Assembly (NCBI GenBank): GCA_002796325.1
Contig: PCXA01000001.1
Span: 260,838 to 324,837 of the forward strand
DNA from: Deltaproteobacteria bacterium CG11_big_fil_rev_8_21_14_0_20_47_16
GTDB lineage: Bacteria; UBA10199; GCA-002796325; 1-14-0-20-47-16
DNA: 64,000 bases
Direction: 5' to 3'
Shown here one piece after another: positions 47,447 to 56,598 of this stretch (within the stretch, counting starts at the first letter, position 1; each line of letters opens with the position of its first letter). Below the pieces are notes generated by a model, which ran no database searches, was not told the origin of the DNA, and worked only from the letters and a program-made list of their open reading frames with translations. The position numbers and the translations under genes are program-made.

Positions 47447-47499
47447 ATCCCCCAAATAACAGAAACGGGAAACCAAAGGGCTTCCCGTTTCTGTTATGC
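47447..47499. repeat. 53-bp hairpin repeat, copy 2
   Basis: Direct repeat of copy 1 at 45012-45064, 2.38 kb away. Confidence 0.8.
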
Positions 47500-47658
47500 T
47501 GAGAGGGGGATTGATGTGCTGCGCACATCGTTCCGCAATGTGCCTTGTGACCACCCGCTTCGCGGGTTCCCGGTCACTTCGGATCATTATGGTTTTTGCG
47601 TAATCGAACCCAATGAAGCCTTTGGCTTCATTGGGTTCGCATCCGCGCACTAGACAGA

Positions 47659-47692
47659 AATAAAAATGCCCCTTTTGGGGCATTTTTATTTC
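47659..47692 (-). terminator. rho-independent terminator after tRNA-Ser
   Basis: aaatgcccc tttt ggggcattt hairpin with flanking T/A runs, so it can act bidirectionally. Confidence 0.7.
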
Positions 47693-47694
47693 TG

Positions 47695-47781
47695 CGGAGA
47701 GGGGGGGATTCGAACCCCCGATACCCGTAAGGGTACGCCTGATTTCGAGTCAGGTACATTCAACCACTCTGCCACCTCTCC
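47695..47781 (-). tRNA. tRNA-Ser (anticodon CGA)
   Basis: Acceptor GGAGAGG/CCUCUCC, anticodon stem-loop CCUGA-CUCGAAA-UCAGG, long variable arm, T-arm GGGGGUUCGAAUCCCCC and discriminator G. Confidence 0.85.
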
Positions 47782-47889
47782 AAACTGCAGGTGGGGCACT
47801 AGCAGGGACGGGTCGTGGTGGGCAACGAATTTTCGCGCTTGTGATTTTTAGCCATACCTCTATAGGAACGCCATCAATAGGAGGGGATT

Positions 47890-48210
47890 ATGAAAATACC
47901 TACAGCGTTGGGGCTACTTTTACTATCGACAACGGCGTTGGCCTCAGGTGTGGGCGAACCCTGTGCCACCAACAAGGATTGCGACAGTCATATTTGCTTG
48001 GATTTGGCTGCCACCAAAGACACCTGCAAAGGCATCAAAGTGTGTGCAACCGCGTGCAATGAAAAGACCAATAATGTCTGCACACGCGCACTTCCCGATG
48101 GCAAAACCGAAAAGGGCGATTGCGACCCCGTCAAAATGAATGGCAAAAGGAAAGACTATTGCCTGTACCGCTCCTTTCTTGCATTGTGCCACCATGAAGA
48201 CCGAAATTGA
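47890..48210 (+). CDS. small secreted cysteine-rich protein
   Basis: RBS GGAGGGG, signal peptide MKIPTALGLLLLSTTALA, and 12 Cys in 87 aa. Confidence 0.55.
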   Translation: MKIPTALGLLLLSTTALASGVGEPCATNKDCDSHICLDLAATKDTCKGIKVCATACNEKTNNVCTRALPDGKTEKGDCDPVKMNGKRKDYCLYRSFLALCHHEDRN

Positions 48211-48427
48211 CCTGCATGGATTAAAGCTGGATGAAGCAGAGCGCGAAGTGATGCGTTTCATCGATCAACTTTACTACAACGGTGAAACCAGTGGGCGCAT
48301 TATTCATGGCATGGGCGTCATTGCCGAGCACCTTCCGCATTGGTTGGAAAGTTACCCATTTATTGCACGCTTTGAACGTTCAACATTCAATGCAGGTGCC
48401 ACAATGGTTTATATGGACATTGCCTAG
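48194..48427 (+). CDS. Smr domain protein
   Basis: MKTEIDLHGLKLDEAEREV...GRIIHGMG Smr signature. Confidence 0.7.
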   Translation: MKTEIDLHGLKLDEAEREVMRFIDQLYYNGETSGRIIHGMGVIAEHLPHWLESYPFIARFERSTFNAGATMVYMDIA

Positions 48428-48450
48428 TAAGTTGTGTTTGAACCAGTTCC

Positions 48451-50244
48451 ATGGATCTGGCCCTTCAAACTATTATCTTTGCAGTTGGTGCTGGAATTTT
48501 TTGCCAACTCATTTCTGAAAAAGTCAAAATCCCCAGCATCTTCTTTTTGTTGATTGCCGGTGTTTTGTTGGGCCCTATGTACGCAGGTTTGGTACGGCCA
48601 GAAACAATTCGTGGTGGGCTTCCAATTGTAATTGAAATTGGTGTCGCCATTATTTTGTTTGAAGGTGGCCTCTCGCTACGTTTCAATCAAATACAGGCGG
48701 TGACTCGTCCGATTCAAAAGTTACTCACTGTGGGCGCCCTTATTACTTTTATTGGGGTGTTTCTTTCTTGTCGCTGGATAGTCGGTCTCAGTTGGAACTA
48801 TTGTTTTATGATCGGTGCGCTCATGGTGGTTACGGGCCCCACGGTGATTGGGCCCATTATCAAGCGGCTTCCCTTGCGTCGGGATTTGGCGACCATCATG
48901 AACTGGGAATCCCTTTTGTTGGATCCCATCGGTGTGATTTTAGTGGTGCTCATTGCTGATTTTATTATGGCAGAAGACGCTAATCTCTTTCTGACGTTCG
49001 TTCAGTTTTTCAAAATTATTTTAGTGGGCGCTGTGGTGGGTGCAGCCTTTGGTGGTATCCTGTATTTGTTTTTGCGATTTGTTGTGGATGTTTCACGCGA
49101 AACGGTAAACTTGTTTGTTTTAGCAGGCGCGCTACTTTCATTTGAATGCGCTGAAATGGTGGCGAATAATTCCGGGTTGCTTGCAGTTGTATGCACCGGA
49201 GTTTTTTTGGCAAACGTGCGGTTTCCAAGGCAGCATCGCAAAACGATTTTGGAATTTAAAGGAACGTTGGCGTCACTTTGGATCGCATTTATCTTTGTCT
49301 TGTTGGCGGCACGCCTGGATGTGCATCGTGTGTTTGGTTGGGGTAATGCGGGTTGGATGTTCTTAGGCGTATTGATTTTTGTAATTCGTCCACTCGATGT
49401 GTTTGTTTCAACGTGGAAAAGTGCCATTACATTTAAGGAGAAAATCTTTCTGTCGTGGGTAGCCCCACGGGGCATTATTGCTGCATCTGCTGCATCATTC
49501 TTCGCAATCACATTTGAAGAAAAGGGTTTTATCAATGCGTCTGCACTTGAAAATTTAAGTTACCTTGTGATTGCAACAACGGTTGCGCTGCAAGGTCTTA
49601 CCGCTGGAATATTCGCATGGATGTTGGGGTTACTCGAGGTTAAGAAGTCAGGTACTTTGATTGTGGGCGCCCATTCCTTGGCGCGGCACGTGGCAAGGGC
49701 ACTCAAAAAACAGAATGTTGATGTAAGACTTGTTGATACTGATTATTTCAACGTGGAGGCAGCCATTCAAGAGGGGCATGAGGCGTTTTGCGGTGATGCC
49801 CTTGATCAATCATTTTTGGAAGAGCTGCAATTAAAGCAGATGGGCAATTTTGTTGCGCTGACCCCCAATAACAAGGTGAACATTTTAGCATGTCAGTTGG
49901 CCCAAAAAATCATACCATCCAAATCAGTGTATCAGTTGTTGCCACAACAAGCCAAGTCAGGCGTTGCGCTGGCCCAAAAAATTGGTGGCGTTACCATTTT
50001 GCCGTTACTGCCATATCTAGATGTTGTGAATATTGGTTTGGAAGATGGAACATTTGAGTTTGTTGAACGCACGATTCCAAAGGGTACCATTTATAGAGGT
50101 GCAATAGTAGTGTCAGATAGTGAGTTTTGGCCGCTGCTGCAAATCCATAAAAATAATACTGTGTCGTGGATACCCCAAGATCATCACTTTCAATCAGAGA
50201 CCGTTGTGTTGGGTGTGCGACATGCTCGGAGTAGTATTGCATGA
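48451..50244 (+). CDS. cation:proton antiporter (CPA family) with C-terminal TrkA-N/RCK domain
   Basis: About 12 TM helices and a C-terminal GTLIVGAHSLARHVARALKKQNVDVRLVD Rossmann. Confidence 0.85.
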   Translation: MDLALQTIIFAVGAGIFCQLISEKVKIPSIFFLLIAGVLLGPMYAGLVRPETIRGGLPIVIEIGVAIILFEGGLSLRFNQIQAVTRPIQKLLTVGALITFIGVFLSCRWIVGLSWNYCFMIGALMVVTGPTVIGPIIKRLPLRRDLATIMNWESLLLDPIGVILVVLIADFIMAEDANLFLTFVQFFKIILVGAVVGAAFGGILYLFLRFVVDVSRETVNLFVLAGALLSFECAEMVANNSGLLAVVCTGVFLANVRFPRQHRKTILEFKGTLASLWIAFIFVLLAARLDVHRVFGWGNAGWMFLGVLIFVIRPLDVFVSTWKSAITFKEKIFLSWVAPRGIIAASAASFFAITFEEKGFINASALENLSYLVIATTVALQGLTAGIFAWMLGLLEVKKSGTLIVGAHSLARHVARALKKQNVDVRLVDTDYFNVEAAIQEGHEAFCGDALDQSFLEELQLKQMGNFVALTPNNKVNILACQLAQKIIPSKSVYQLLPQQAKSGVALAQKIGGVTILPLLPYLDVVNIGLEDGTFEFVERTIPKGTIYRGAIVVSDSEFWPLLQIHKNNTVSWIPQDHHFQSETVVLGVRHARSSIA

Positions 50245-50957
50245 TTGTGGTGGCGATCATTACTGCTTTTGCAGCGTCACTTCTCACATTCTTTTCAGGT
50301 TTTGGTCTGGGCACCATTTTAATGCCGGTCATGGCGATATTCTTCCCTGTGGAAGTGGCAATTGCATTAACGGCAATCGTACATTTTCTTAATAACCTGT
50401 TTAAATTAATTTTGATTGGTCGGCATGCACGATGGATGGTGGTATTCCGGTTTGGGATCCCGGCAATGCTTGCTGCCTACTTGGGTGCGAAGTTGCTATT
50501 CGACCTGCCACACATCAAACAAGTGGTAGCAGTGTTGATGATTATTTTTGTGCTGCTTGAACTCTTGCCACAATTTAAAAAAGTGACGCTGGGTCTTAAG
50601 TGGATGCCATTGGGTGGTTTGCTCAGTGGCTTTTTTGGTGGATTGTCCGGGCATCAAGGTGCGTTACGTAGTATGTTCCTGATCCGAGCGGGCCTTTCCA
50701 AAGAAATGTTTATTGCAACAGGTGTGGTGATTGCGTGTGTGATAGATGTGACGCGTCTCTCTGTTTACACCGCACAATTTTCCCACGATGGGTTGTATCG
50801 GGAATGGCCACTCATTGCATCTGCAACAGTCAGCGCTTTTGTTGGCAGCTATGTGGGTAGTCGTTTGTTAAAGAAGGTCACCATTTCCACACTTCAAGTG
50901 GGTGTTGCGATTGCCATTATGATCTTTGCGATTCTGCTTGCTTTGAACGTTGTCTGA
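50241..50957 (+). CDS. TauE/SafE (DUF81) family membrane transporter
   Basis: Gly-rich TM pattern with an internal repeat. Confidence 0.75.
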   Translation: MIVVAIITAFAASLLTFFSGFGLGTILMPVMAIFFPVEVAIALTAIVHFLNNLFKLILIGRHARWMVVFRFGIPAMLAAYLGAKLLFDLPHIKQVVAVLMIIFVLLELLPQFKKVTLGLKWMPLGGLLSGFFGGLSGHQGALRSMFLIRAGLSKEMFIATGVVIACVIDVTRLSVYTAQFSHDGLYREWPLIASATVSAFVGSYVGSRLLKKVTISTLQVGVAIAIMIFAILLALNVV

Positions 50958-51032
50958 GAATTGTGGGGCACGCACTTTATACTTGCTGTTTGTGCTGGGA
51001 GTGGTTTAGAGCAAGCTTGGAGGTTTTCAATA

Positions 51033-51458
51033 ATGTCTGTTCCGATCTTAATTTGGGTGGTGCTCGGTCTAGTCTTGCTTGCCGCTGAAATGATGACGTT
51101 GACCTTTGTCCTTGTTTTTTTTGGGGTGGGGGCGTTGGTTGTGGCCATTCTCAAATGGCTTTTGGGATTAGAATCCATCCCGTTTGAAATTCTGATTTTT
51201 TCAGGCATTAGTGTTGGTGGTCTGTTGTGCTTTCGTCGAAAATTTCGGGAAAGCTGGTCACATAAAGAAGGTGCTGCAATTGATGTGGGCAAGGTCATTA
51301 TTCTCAATCGTGATGTGCCTGCTTGTGGTCGGGCCCAAGTTGAATATCAGGGAACAACATGGACAGCCGAAAATGAATCTGACGTTCTTTTATCTAAAGG
51401 GTCGCGTGCTGTTATTGTGCGTGTCGATGGGCTAACGCTCATTGTTAAGGGGGTTTAA
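51033..51458 (+). CDS. NfeD-like membrane protein
   Basis: RBS GGAGG, N-terminal TM helices, a C-terminal OB-like domain, and position adjacent to the SPFH gene. Confidence 0.7.
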   Translation: MSVPILIWVVLGLVLLAAEMMTLTFVLVFFGVGALVVAILKWLLGLESIPFEILIFSGISVGGLLCFRRKFRESWSHKEGAAIDVGKVIILNRDVPACGRAQVEYQGTTWTAENESDVLLSKGSRAVIVRVDGLTLIVKGV

Positions 51459-52390
51459 TGGGAATCACGACGTCACTTGTTATTATAGGGTTTGCATTGA
51501 TTTTTTTGCTGCGGACTGTGCGTATTGTCCCTCAGCAAAATGCCTTTGTGGTGGAGAGGCTGGGGAAATATCATAGGACCTTAAATGCTGGTTTGCATAT
51601 TGTGGTGCCATTTATTGATGCGATCCGATATAAACATAATCTGAAAGAGGTCGTCCTTGATATTCCAGAGCAAATTTGTATTACAAAAGATAACGTACAG
51701 GTCGGTGTAGATGGTGTGCTTTTCTTTCGTGTTACCGATCCTGCTAAGGCGTCATATGGTGTTGCCAATTATGCGCCAGCGATTGTGCAGCTTGCACAGA
51801 CAACACTTCGTTCTGAAATTGGCAAACTGGATCTTGATCGTACCTTCGAAGAGCGTCAACATATTAACAACTCAATCGTTTTGGAAATTGACAAGGCCAC
51901 AGATCCTTGGGGTGTAAAGGTGTTACGTTACGAAATTAAATCAATTACACCGCCGCATGATGTGATTGCTGCCATGGAAAAGCAGATGCGCGCAGAGCGT
52001 GAAAAGCGCGCAAAAATTTTGGAATCAGAAGGAGATCGTGATTCTAAGATCAATCGTGCAGAAGGTGAAAAGCAGCAGGTTATCAAAAATTCAGAAGCTT
52101 CGCGTCAGCAGAAAATTAACGAAGCAGAAGGTCAGGCATCTGCCATTTTAGCTGTGGCCAAGGCAACCTCTGATGGTCTTAAAATGGTTTCCTCTGTGCT
52201 GGCTGCTCCAGGTGGTCAGGATGCTGCACGACTCCGCGTGGCAGAAGAATATGTAAAGCAGTTTGGTGAGTTGGCTAAGGAATCCAATACTATGATCATT
52301 CCAGCGAGTGTCTCTGAAGTCAGTGGCATGATCGCAACTGCCATGTCTGTTTTTGAAAAAACACGTATTGATCGTAACGCTACTGAATAA
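51458..52390 (+). CDS. SPFH/band-7 (stomatin-like) protein
   Basis: N-terminal TM helix, SPFH core (VRIVPQQNAFVVERLGKY...), and a coiled-coil tail. Confidence 0.85.
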   Translation: MGITTSLVIIGFALIFLLRTVRIVPQQNAFVVERLGKYHRTLNAGLHIVVPFIDAIRYKHNLKEVVLDIPEQICITKDNVQVGVDGVLFFRVTDPAKASYGVANYAPAIVQLAQTTLRSEIGKLDLDRTFEERQHINNSIVLEIDKATDPWGVKVLRYEIKSITPPHDVIAAMEKQMRAEREKRAKILESEGDRDSKINRAEGEKQQVIKNSEASRQQKINEAEGQASAILAVAKATSDGLKMVSSVLAAPGGQDAARLRVAEEYVKQFGELAKESNTMIIPASVSEVSGMIATAMSVFEKTRIDRNATE

Positions 52391-52394
52391 TTCT

Positions 52395-53135
52395 ATGCCT
52401 GGATCCGACAAAATCCTCGTCGCTTTAGATGTCCCTGACATTCCCGCTGCCCAATCGTTGGTAAAGCAGTTGGCGCCGCACGTGGGCGGATTCAAGGTGG
52501 GGTTGGAACTCATGAACCATGTGGGTGCCCCGCAAATTGTCGAGGCAGTGCGTGATGCGGGTGGCATGTTATTCTTCGATGGAAAATTTCACGACATTCC
52601 CAATACAGTTGCAGGTGCGGTGCGCGGCGCCATACTGCCGGGCATCGGTTTGTTGAATGTGCATTGTTTGGGTGGGCCGGCCATGATGAAGGGTGCAAAA
52701 GAGGCCGCTATTACTGAAGCCTCTGCACAAAAAATTCCAGTGCCCAAAGTAATTGGGGTGACCATTCTCACAAGTATGAATGTTGCAGAACTGCAAGCGA
52801 TTGGGATGCAACAAATCAAAGAGTCGCGCGACATCACTATTTTAGTGGGACATCTGGCACTTGAGGCCAAAAAAGCGGGGCTTGATGGTGTGGTGTCTTC
52901 GCCGCAAGAAATTTCACTGATCCGTGAGTTGTGTGGACCTGATTTCTTAATTGTAACACCCGGTGTGCGTCCGACCTGGGCCGCTACTGGTGACCAAAAA
53001 CGTGTTATGACCCCCAAGGATGCGGTGGCTGCGGGCGCGGATTATTTGGTAATTGGTCGCCCTATTACCAATCCCCCCAAAGAGATCGGCAGCCCCGCAG
53101 ATGCAGCACAAAAAATCATCGCAGAATTGCAGTAA
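52395..53135 (+). CDS. pyrF: orotidine-5'-phosphate decarboxylase
   Basis: ILVALDV...DGKFHDIPNTV motifs. Confidence 0.85.
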   Translation: MPGSDKILVALDVPDIPAAQSLVKQLAPHVGGFKVGLELMNHVGAPQIVEAVRDAGGMLFFDGKFHDIPNTVAGAVRGAILPGIGLLNVHCLGGPAMMKGAKEAAITEASAQKIPVPKVIGVTILTSMNVAELQAIGMQQIKESRDITILVGHLALEAKKAGLDGVVSSPQEISLIRELCGPDFLIVTPGVRPTWAATGDQKRVMTPKDAVAAGADYLVIGRPITNPPKEIGSPADAAQKIIAELQ

Positions 53136-53191
53136 ATCCGCTTTTTCTAATTGGGTTGCGCCAGAGCGAATGGCCTGTTAGAGCGCCCGGC

Positions 53192-53806
53192 ATGGAACCC
53201 AAGCAATTATTCGAGTCCTGCGGGGCAATCATTACCAACTCCCATTTTGTCTACACCTCCGGTAAGCATGGTGAGAACTATATCAATAAAGATGCGGTTT
53301 ATCCCCATACTGCGATTGTCAAACAGCTCTGCGAGGAAATTGCACGCCAGTGCCCTTGGCAGGTGGACGTAGTGGCTGGTCCAACAATGGGGGCGGTCAT
53401 TCTGTCCCAATGGGTGGCGCATGCGTTATCTGAAATGACGGGTCGCGAAATTTTGGGCGTTTATGCCGAAGAGGATGCCGACAAAAACCGTGCTTTTCGC
53501 CGAGGCTATGATGCACTGATTCGCGGTAAACGGGTTTTGGTGGTGGAAGATATCTTAACCACAGGAGGCTCAGCACTCAAGGTGGTAGAGGCTGTGAAGA
53601 AAGCGGGCGGAAAGCTTGCAGGGGTCTTTGGTCTGTGTAATCGAGGGGGGATTGGCGAGGACGCGGTTGGTGGTGTTCCTCTCATGAGTCTTTTGAATTT
53701 GAATTTCCAAATGTGGGAAGCGAGTGATTGTCCGCTCTGCGCAAAAGGTGTTCCTGTGAATACCACAGTTGGCAAAGGCCGCGAATTTCTGGCTGCAAAA
53801 AAGTAG
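53192..53806 (+). CDS. pyrE: orotate phosphoribosyltransferase
   Basis: PRPP-binding loop VLVVEDILTTGGS. Confidence 0.8.
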   Translation: MEPKQLFESCGAIITNSHFVYTSGKHGENYINKDAVYPHTAIVKQLCEEIARQCPWQVDVVAGPTMGAVILSQWVAHALSEMTGREILGVYAEEDADKNRAFRRGYDALIRGKRVLVVEDILTTGGSALKVVEAVKKAGGKLAGVFGLCNRGGIGEDAVGGVPLMSLLNLNFQMWEASDCPLCAKGVPVNTTVGKGREFLAAKK

Positions 53807-53815
53807 TGTTACTTG

Positions 53816-53925
53816 AATGGGTGGTCGGGCCCTGTGCAATGAACGGGTGGCGAACCCCGCCAGGCCCGGAAGGGAGCAACGGTACCCGCTTTGGTCATGT
53901 GCCGCAGTCAGCCTGGCTATCCATT
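53816..53925 (+). ncRNA. ffs: signal recognition particle RNA (4.5S/ffs)
   Basis: Domain IV motif CCGCCAGGCCCGGAAGGGAGCAACGGUA, 5'/3' complementarity (AAUGG...CCAUU), and the conserved position immediately upstream of dnaX. Confidence 0.75.
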
Positions 53926-53936
53926 GAGGTAACACA

Positions 53937-55589
53937 ATGACATATCAAGCATTTGCCCGAAAATATCGCCCACAAACCTGGGCAGCGGTGATGGGTCAAG
54001 ACCATGTCACACGCACTCTTGCCAACGCAATCCAGTTGGGACGCGTGCATCATGCCTACTTGCTTTGCGGTGCGCGTGGGATTGGTAAAACCACTATTGC
54101 GCGTCTATTGGCCAAGACAGTCAACTGTACCAATCGTGATGCCAAAACGATGGAGCCGTGCAACACGTGCCCGTCCTGTCTGGAAATTACTGAAGGGCGT
54201 TCGCTGGATGTGCAGGAAATCGACGGTGCATCCAATACCAGTGTGGATGATGTTCGCGAAATTCGAGAACGCGTCAAGTTTTTGCCTGCATCAGGAACAT
54301 ACAAAGTTTATATCATCGACGAAGTGCACATGCTCTCGACGAGCGCATTCAACGCTCTGCTCAAAACGCTCGAAGAACCACCGCCACACGTGATTTTTGT
54401 ATTTGCCACAACAGAAGTACATAAAATTCCAGCTACGATTTTGTCACGTTGTCAGCGGTTTGATCTGCGTCGCTTGTCGCCTGCTGCAGTTATTCAAGAG
54501 TTGGATCGTATTGCCACAAATGAAAATGTAAAATTGGATCCTGTCGCTGCAGCAATCATATCGAGGGAATCCGAAGGCAGTATGCGCGATGCAGAATCAC
54601 TATTTGATCAGGCGGTAGCCTGTGGCGGTAAAGAAGTTTCAGCCGAGACAATTGAGCAGTTGTTGGGGTTGTGTGATCGGGCATCTGTGTTACGCGTTGT
54701 TGCAGCTATTTTGGCGCGTGATGGATCAACGCTGTTGGATCATGCCGGGCAATTATTTGAACGTGGGGTGCAGTTGCCACGCTATGTGCAAGAAGTGCTC
54801 ACTATTTTTCGTCATATGTGGGTTGTTTTGGCCAGTGGCAAGCCGGTTGGCATGGAAGATTTGACTGCTGATGAAGTGGCACAGATTGAAGCGATGGCCA
54901 AGCAGGTAAAGCCGGAAGAACTGTTACAGTATATTCGTATTCTATCCGATGGTGTGGAGCGCCTTGCACGATCCCGTACGCCACGCATTACATTTGAAAC
55001 ACTTCTGTTGCAAACCACATTGGTTCAGCCTGTGATTCCCATTGCATCACTCATTGATCGGCTTGAAAAAATGGAATCAACAAGCGCGTCGCGCCAACAG
55101 GTTGAGACCCATACTCAAGTGGCTCCGACCCGCACTGAAATGGCTGGCGTTGCGGCGCCGGTGCGTTCGTCAGTAACACCCGTAGCGGTTGACGCCTCAT
55201 GGGAAACACTCCTGTCACGTTTAAGTCAGGATAAACCACAGATGGCGTCGATTCTGTCGCATAGTTTGAGTCATTCGGTGTCAGCCAATGGGATCTCCGT
55301 CGTTTTTCCAAAGGGCTCCGTGTATGCTGACATGTTGAAAGAGAGTGATCGACAGACGCTACTCAAGGGCTTGATAAGCACCTACTTTGGAAAGCCAATG
55401 GCATTGAATGTGGGTGTGGATGATGCTCAGTCCGTGGATCGCAATGCCGAGGTGCGTGCCCAAGTGCGTGAAGAAAAGCGCGAACAAAATCGACAAATTA
55501 AAACAGATGCTGTGCAGCATTCATTGGTTAAAGATGCCATGAATATTCTGCAGGCAGAAATTAAAGAAATCAAACCCCTTAAGGAGTAG
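53937..55589 (+). CDS. dnaX: DNA polymerase III subunits gamma/tau
   Basis: AAA+ motifs GARGIGKTT, the zinc module CNTCPSC, and DEVHML. Confidence 0.9.
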   Translation: MTYQAFARKYRPQTWAAVMGQDHVTRTLANAIQLGRVHHAYLLCGARGIGKTTIARLLAKTVNCTNRDAKTMEPCNTCPSCLEITEGRSLDVQEIDGASNTSVDDVREIRERVKFLPASGTYKVYIIDEVHMLSTSAFNALLKTLEEPPPHVIFVFATTEVHKIPATILSRCQRFDLRRLSPAAVIQELDRIATNENVKLDPVAAAIISRESEGSMRDAESLFDQAVACGGKEVSAETIEQLLGLCDRASVLRVVAAILARDGSTLLDHAGQLFERGVQLPRYVQEVLTIFRHMWVVLASGKPVGMEDLTADEVAQIEAMAKQVKPEELLQYIRILSDGVERLARSRTPRITFETLLLQTTLVQPVIPIASLIDRLEKMESTSASRQQVETHTQVAPTRTEMAGVAAPVRSSVTPVAVDASWETLLSRLSQDKPQMASILSHSLSHSVSANGISVVFPKGSVYADMLKESDRQTLLKGLISTYFGKPMALNVGVDDAQSVDRNAEVRAQVREEKREQNRQIKTDAVQHSLVKDAMNILQAEIKEIKPLKE

Positions 55590-55591
55590 TT

Positions 55592-55906
55592 ATGGATATT
55601 CAAAAAATGATGAAGGAAGCGCGCAAGCTACAAGCCCAAATGGCGGCCAAACAAGAAGAACTCGCCAGCCAAAATTTTGAAGCCTCCAGTGGTGGTGGCA
55701 TGGTAACAGTCACTGTTTCCGGAAAAATGGAAGTGAAGGGCGTCAAAATTGATCCCACGATTTTAAAACCTGAAGACGTTGATATGGTGCAAGACTTGGT
55801 AATGGCGGCGACTAATGAAGCTGTGAACAAGGCACAAGAGGCTGCCCAAAATTTGATGGGTGGTATGTTGGGTGGAATGGGTGGCGGAATTCCAGGTCTG
55901 TTCTAG
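55592..55906 (+). CDS. ybaB: nucleoid-associated protein YbaB/EbfC
   Basis: 104 aa with MMKEARKLQAQM...GGGMVTVTVSG pattern, in dnaX-ybaB-recR synteny. Confidence 0.85.
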   Translation: MDIQKMMKEARKLQAQMAAKQEELASQNFEASSGGGMVTVTVSGKMEVKGVKIDPTILKPEDVDMVQDLVMAATNEAVNKAQEAAQNLMGGMLGGMGGGIPGLF

Positions 55907-55962
55907 TTCATCTTGTGCAAAGTGCGCTTTAACGTAACCCAAAGTTGTGATAGAAGACACGT

Positions 55963-56556
55963 ATGCCCACAAATCCCATTGATCGATTAACACATGCATT
56001 TTCAAAATTGCCCGGCATTGGCGAAAAATCCGCGGCGCGTTTGGCCTTTCATGTATTTAAAGGGGATCCCAAAATTGCGGAAGAATTGGCGCAGGCCCTG
56101 TTGGCCATCAAGTGCACAACCGCGCTGTGTGCCCATTGTTTTGGTATTACCGCAGACGATGTGTGCACTATTTGCAGTGATGATCGTCGCAATCGCCAGA
56201 CCATCTGTGTGGTAGAAGAACCCAAGGATATGGCCGCCATTGAAAAAACGCGGGCATTTCAGGGAATTTATCATGTGCTTCATGGGGTGCTGTCACCATT
56301 GGATGGTGTGGGTCCCAGCGACTTGCGCATTGCCGAACTGGTTAATCGGTTAGAGGCATCTCCAGCTGTTGAAATCATTCTGGCCACTAATCCAACGGTG
56401 GAGGGTGAGGCCACCTCTCATTATATAGCCGATATTTTGCGTCCGCGGGGGATGCGCATTACCCGCTTGGCCAGCGGTATTCCGATGGGCGCATTTCTGG
56501 AGTACACCGATCAACAAACCCTGGCACTTGCCATCAATCGTCGCCGCGAGCTGTAA
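55963..56556 (+). CDS. recR: recombination protein RecR
   Basis: HhH KLPGIGEKSAARLAFH, a C4 zinc finger, and a Toprim domain. Confidence 0.9.
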   Translation: MPTNPIDRLTHAFSKLPGIGEKSAARLAFHVFKGDPKIAEELAQALLAIKCTTALCAHCFGITADDVCTICSDDRRNRQTICVVEEPKDMAAIEKTRAFQGIYHVLHGVLSPLDGVGPSDLRIAELVNRLEASPAVEIILATNPTVEGEATSHYIADILRPRGMRITRLASGIPMGAFLEYTDQQTLALAINRRREL

Positions 56557-56561
56557 TTGTA

Positions 56562-56591
56562 TTGACACATCGGCGGCAAGCCCCCTAGAAT
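56562..56591 (+). promoter_or_regulatory. sigma-70-type promoter TTGACA-N18-TAGAAT upstream of mglA
   Basis: Consensus-like -35 and -10 hexamers. The ATG is 8 nt after the -10, which may give a leaderless or short-leader transcript. Confidence 0.4.
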
Positions 56592-56598
56592 CCCGCAC

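Noticed and set aside
47351-47851. 110-aa and 61-aa ORFs
   Set aside because: They overlap tRNA-Ser(CGA), its terminator and the hairpin-rich region. No RBS and low-complexity translations.
53570-53940. Several 65-121-aa ORFs on both strands
   Set aside because: They overlap the pyrE 3' end and the SRP RNA gene. The region is explained by pyrE and ffs.
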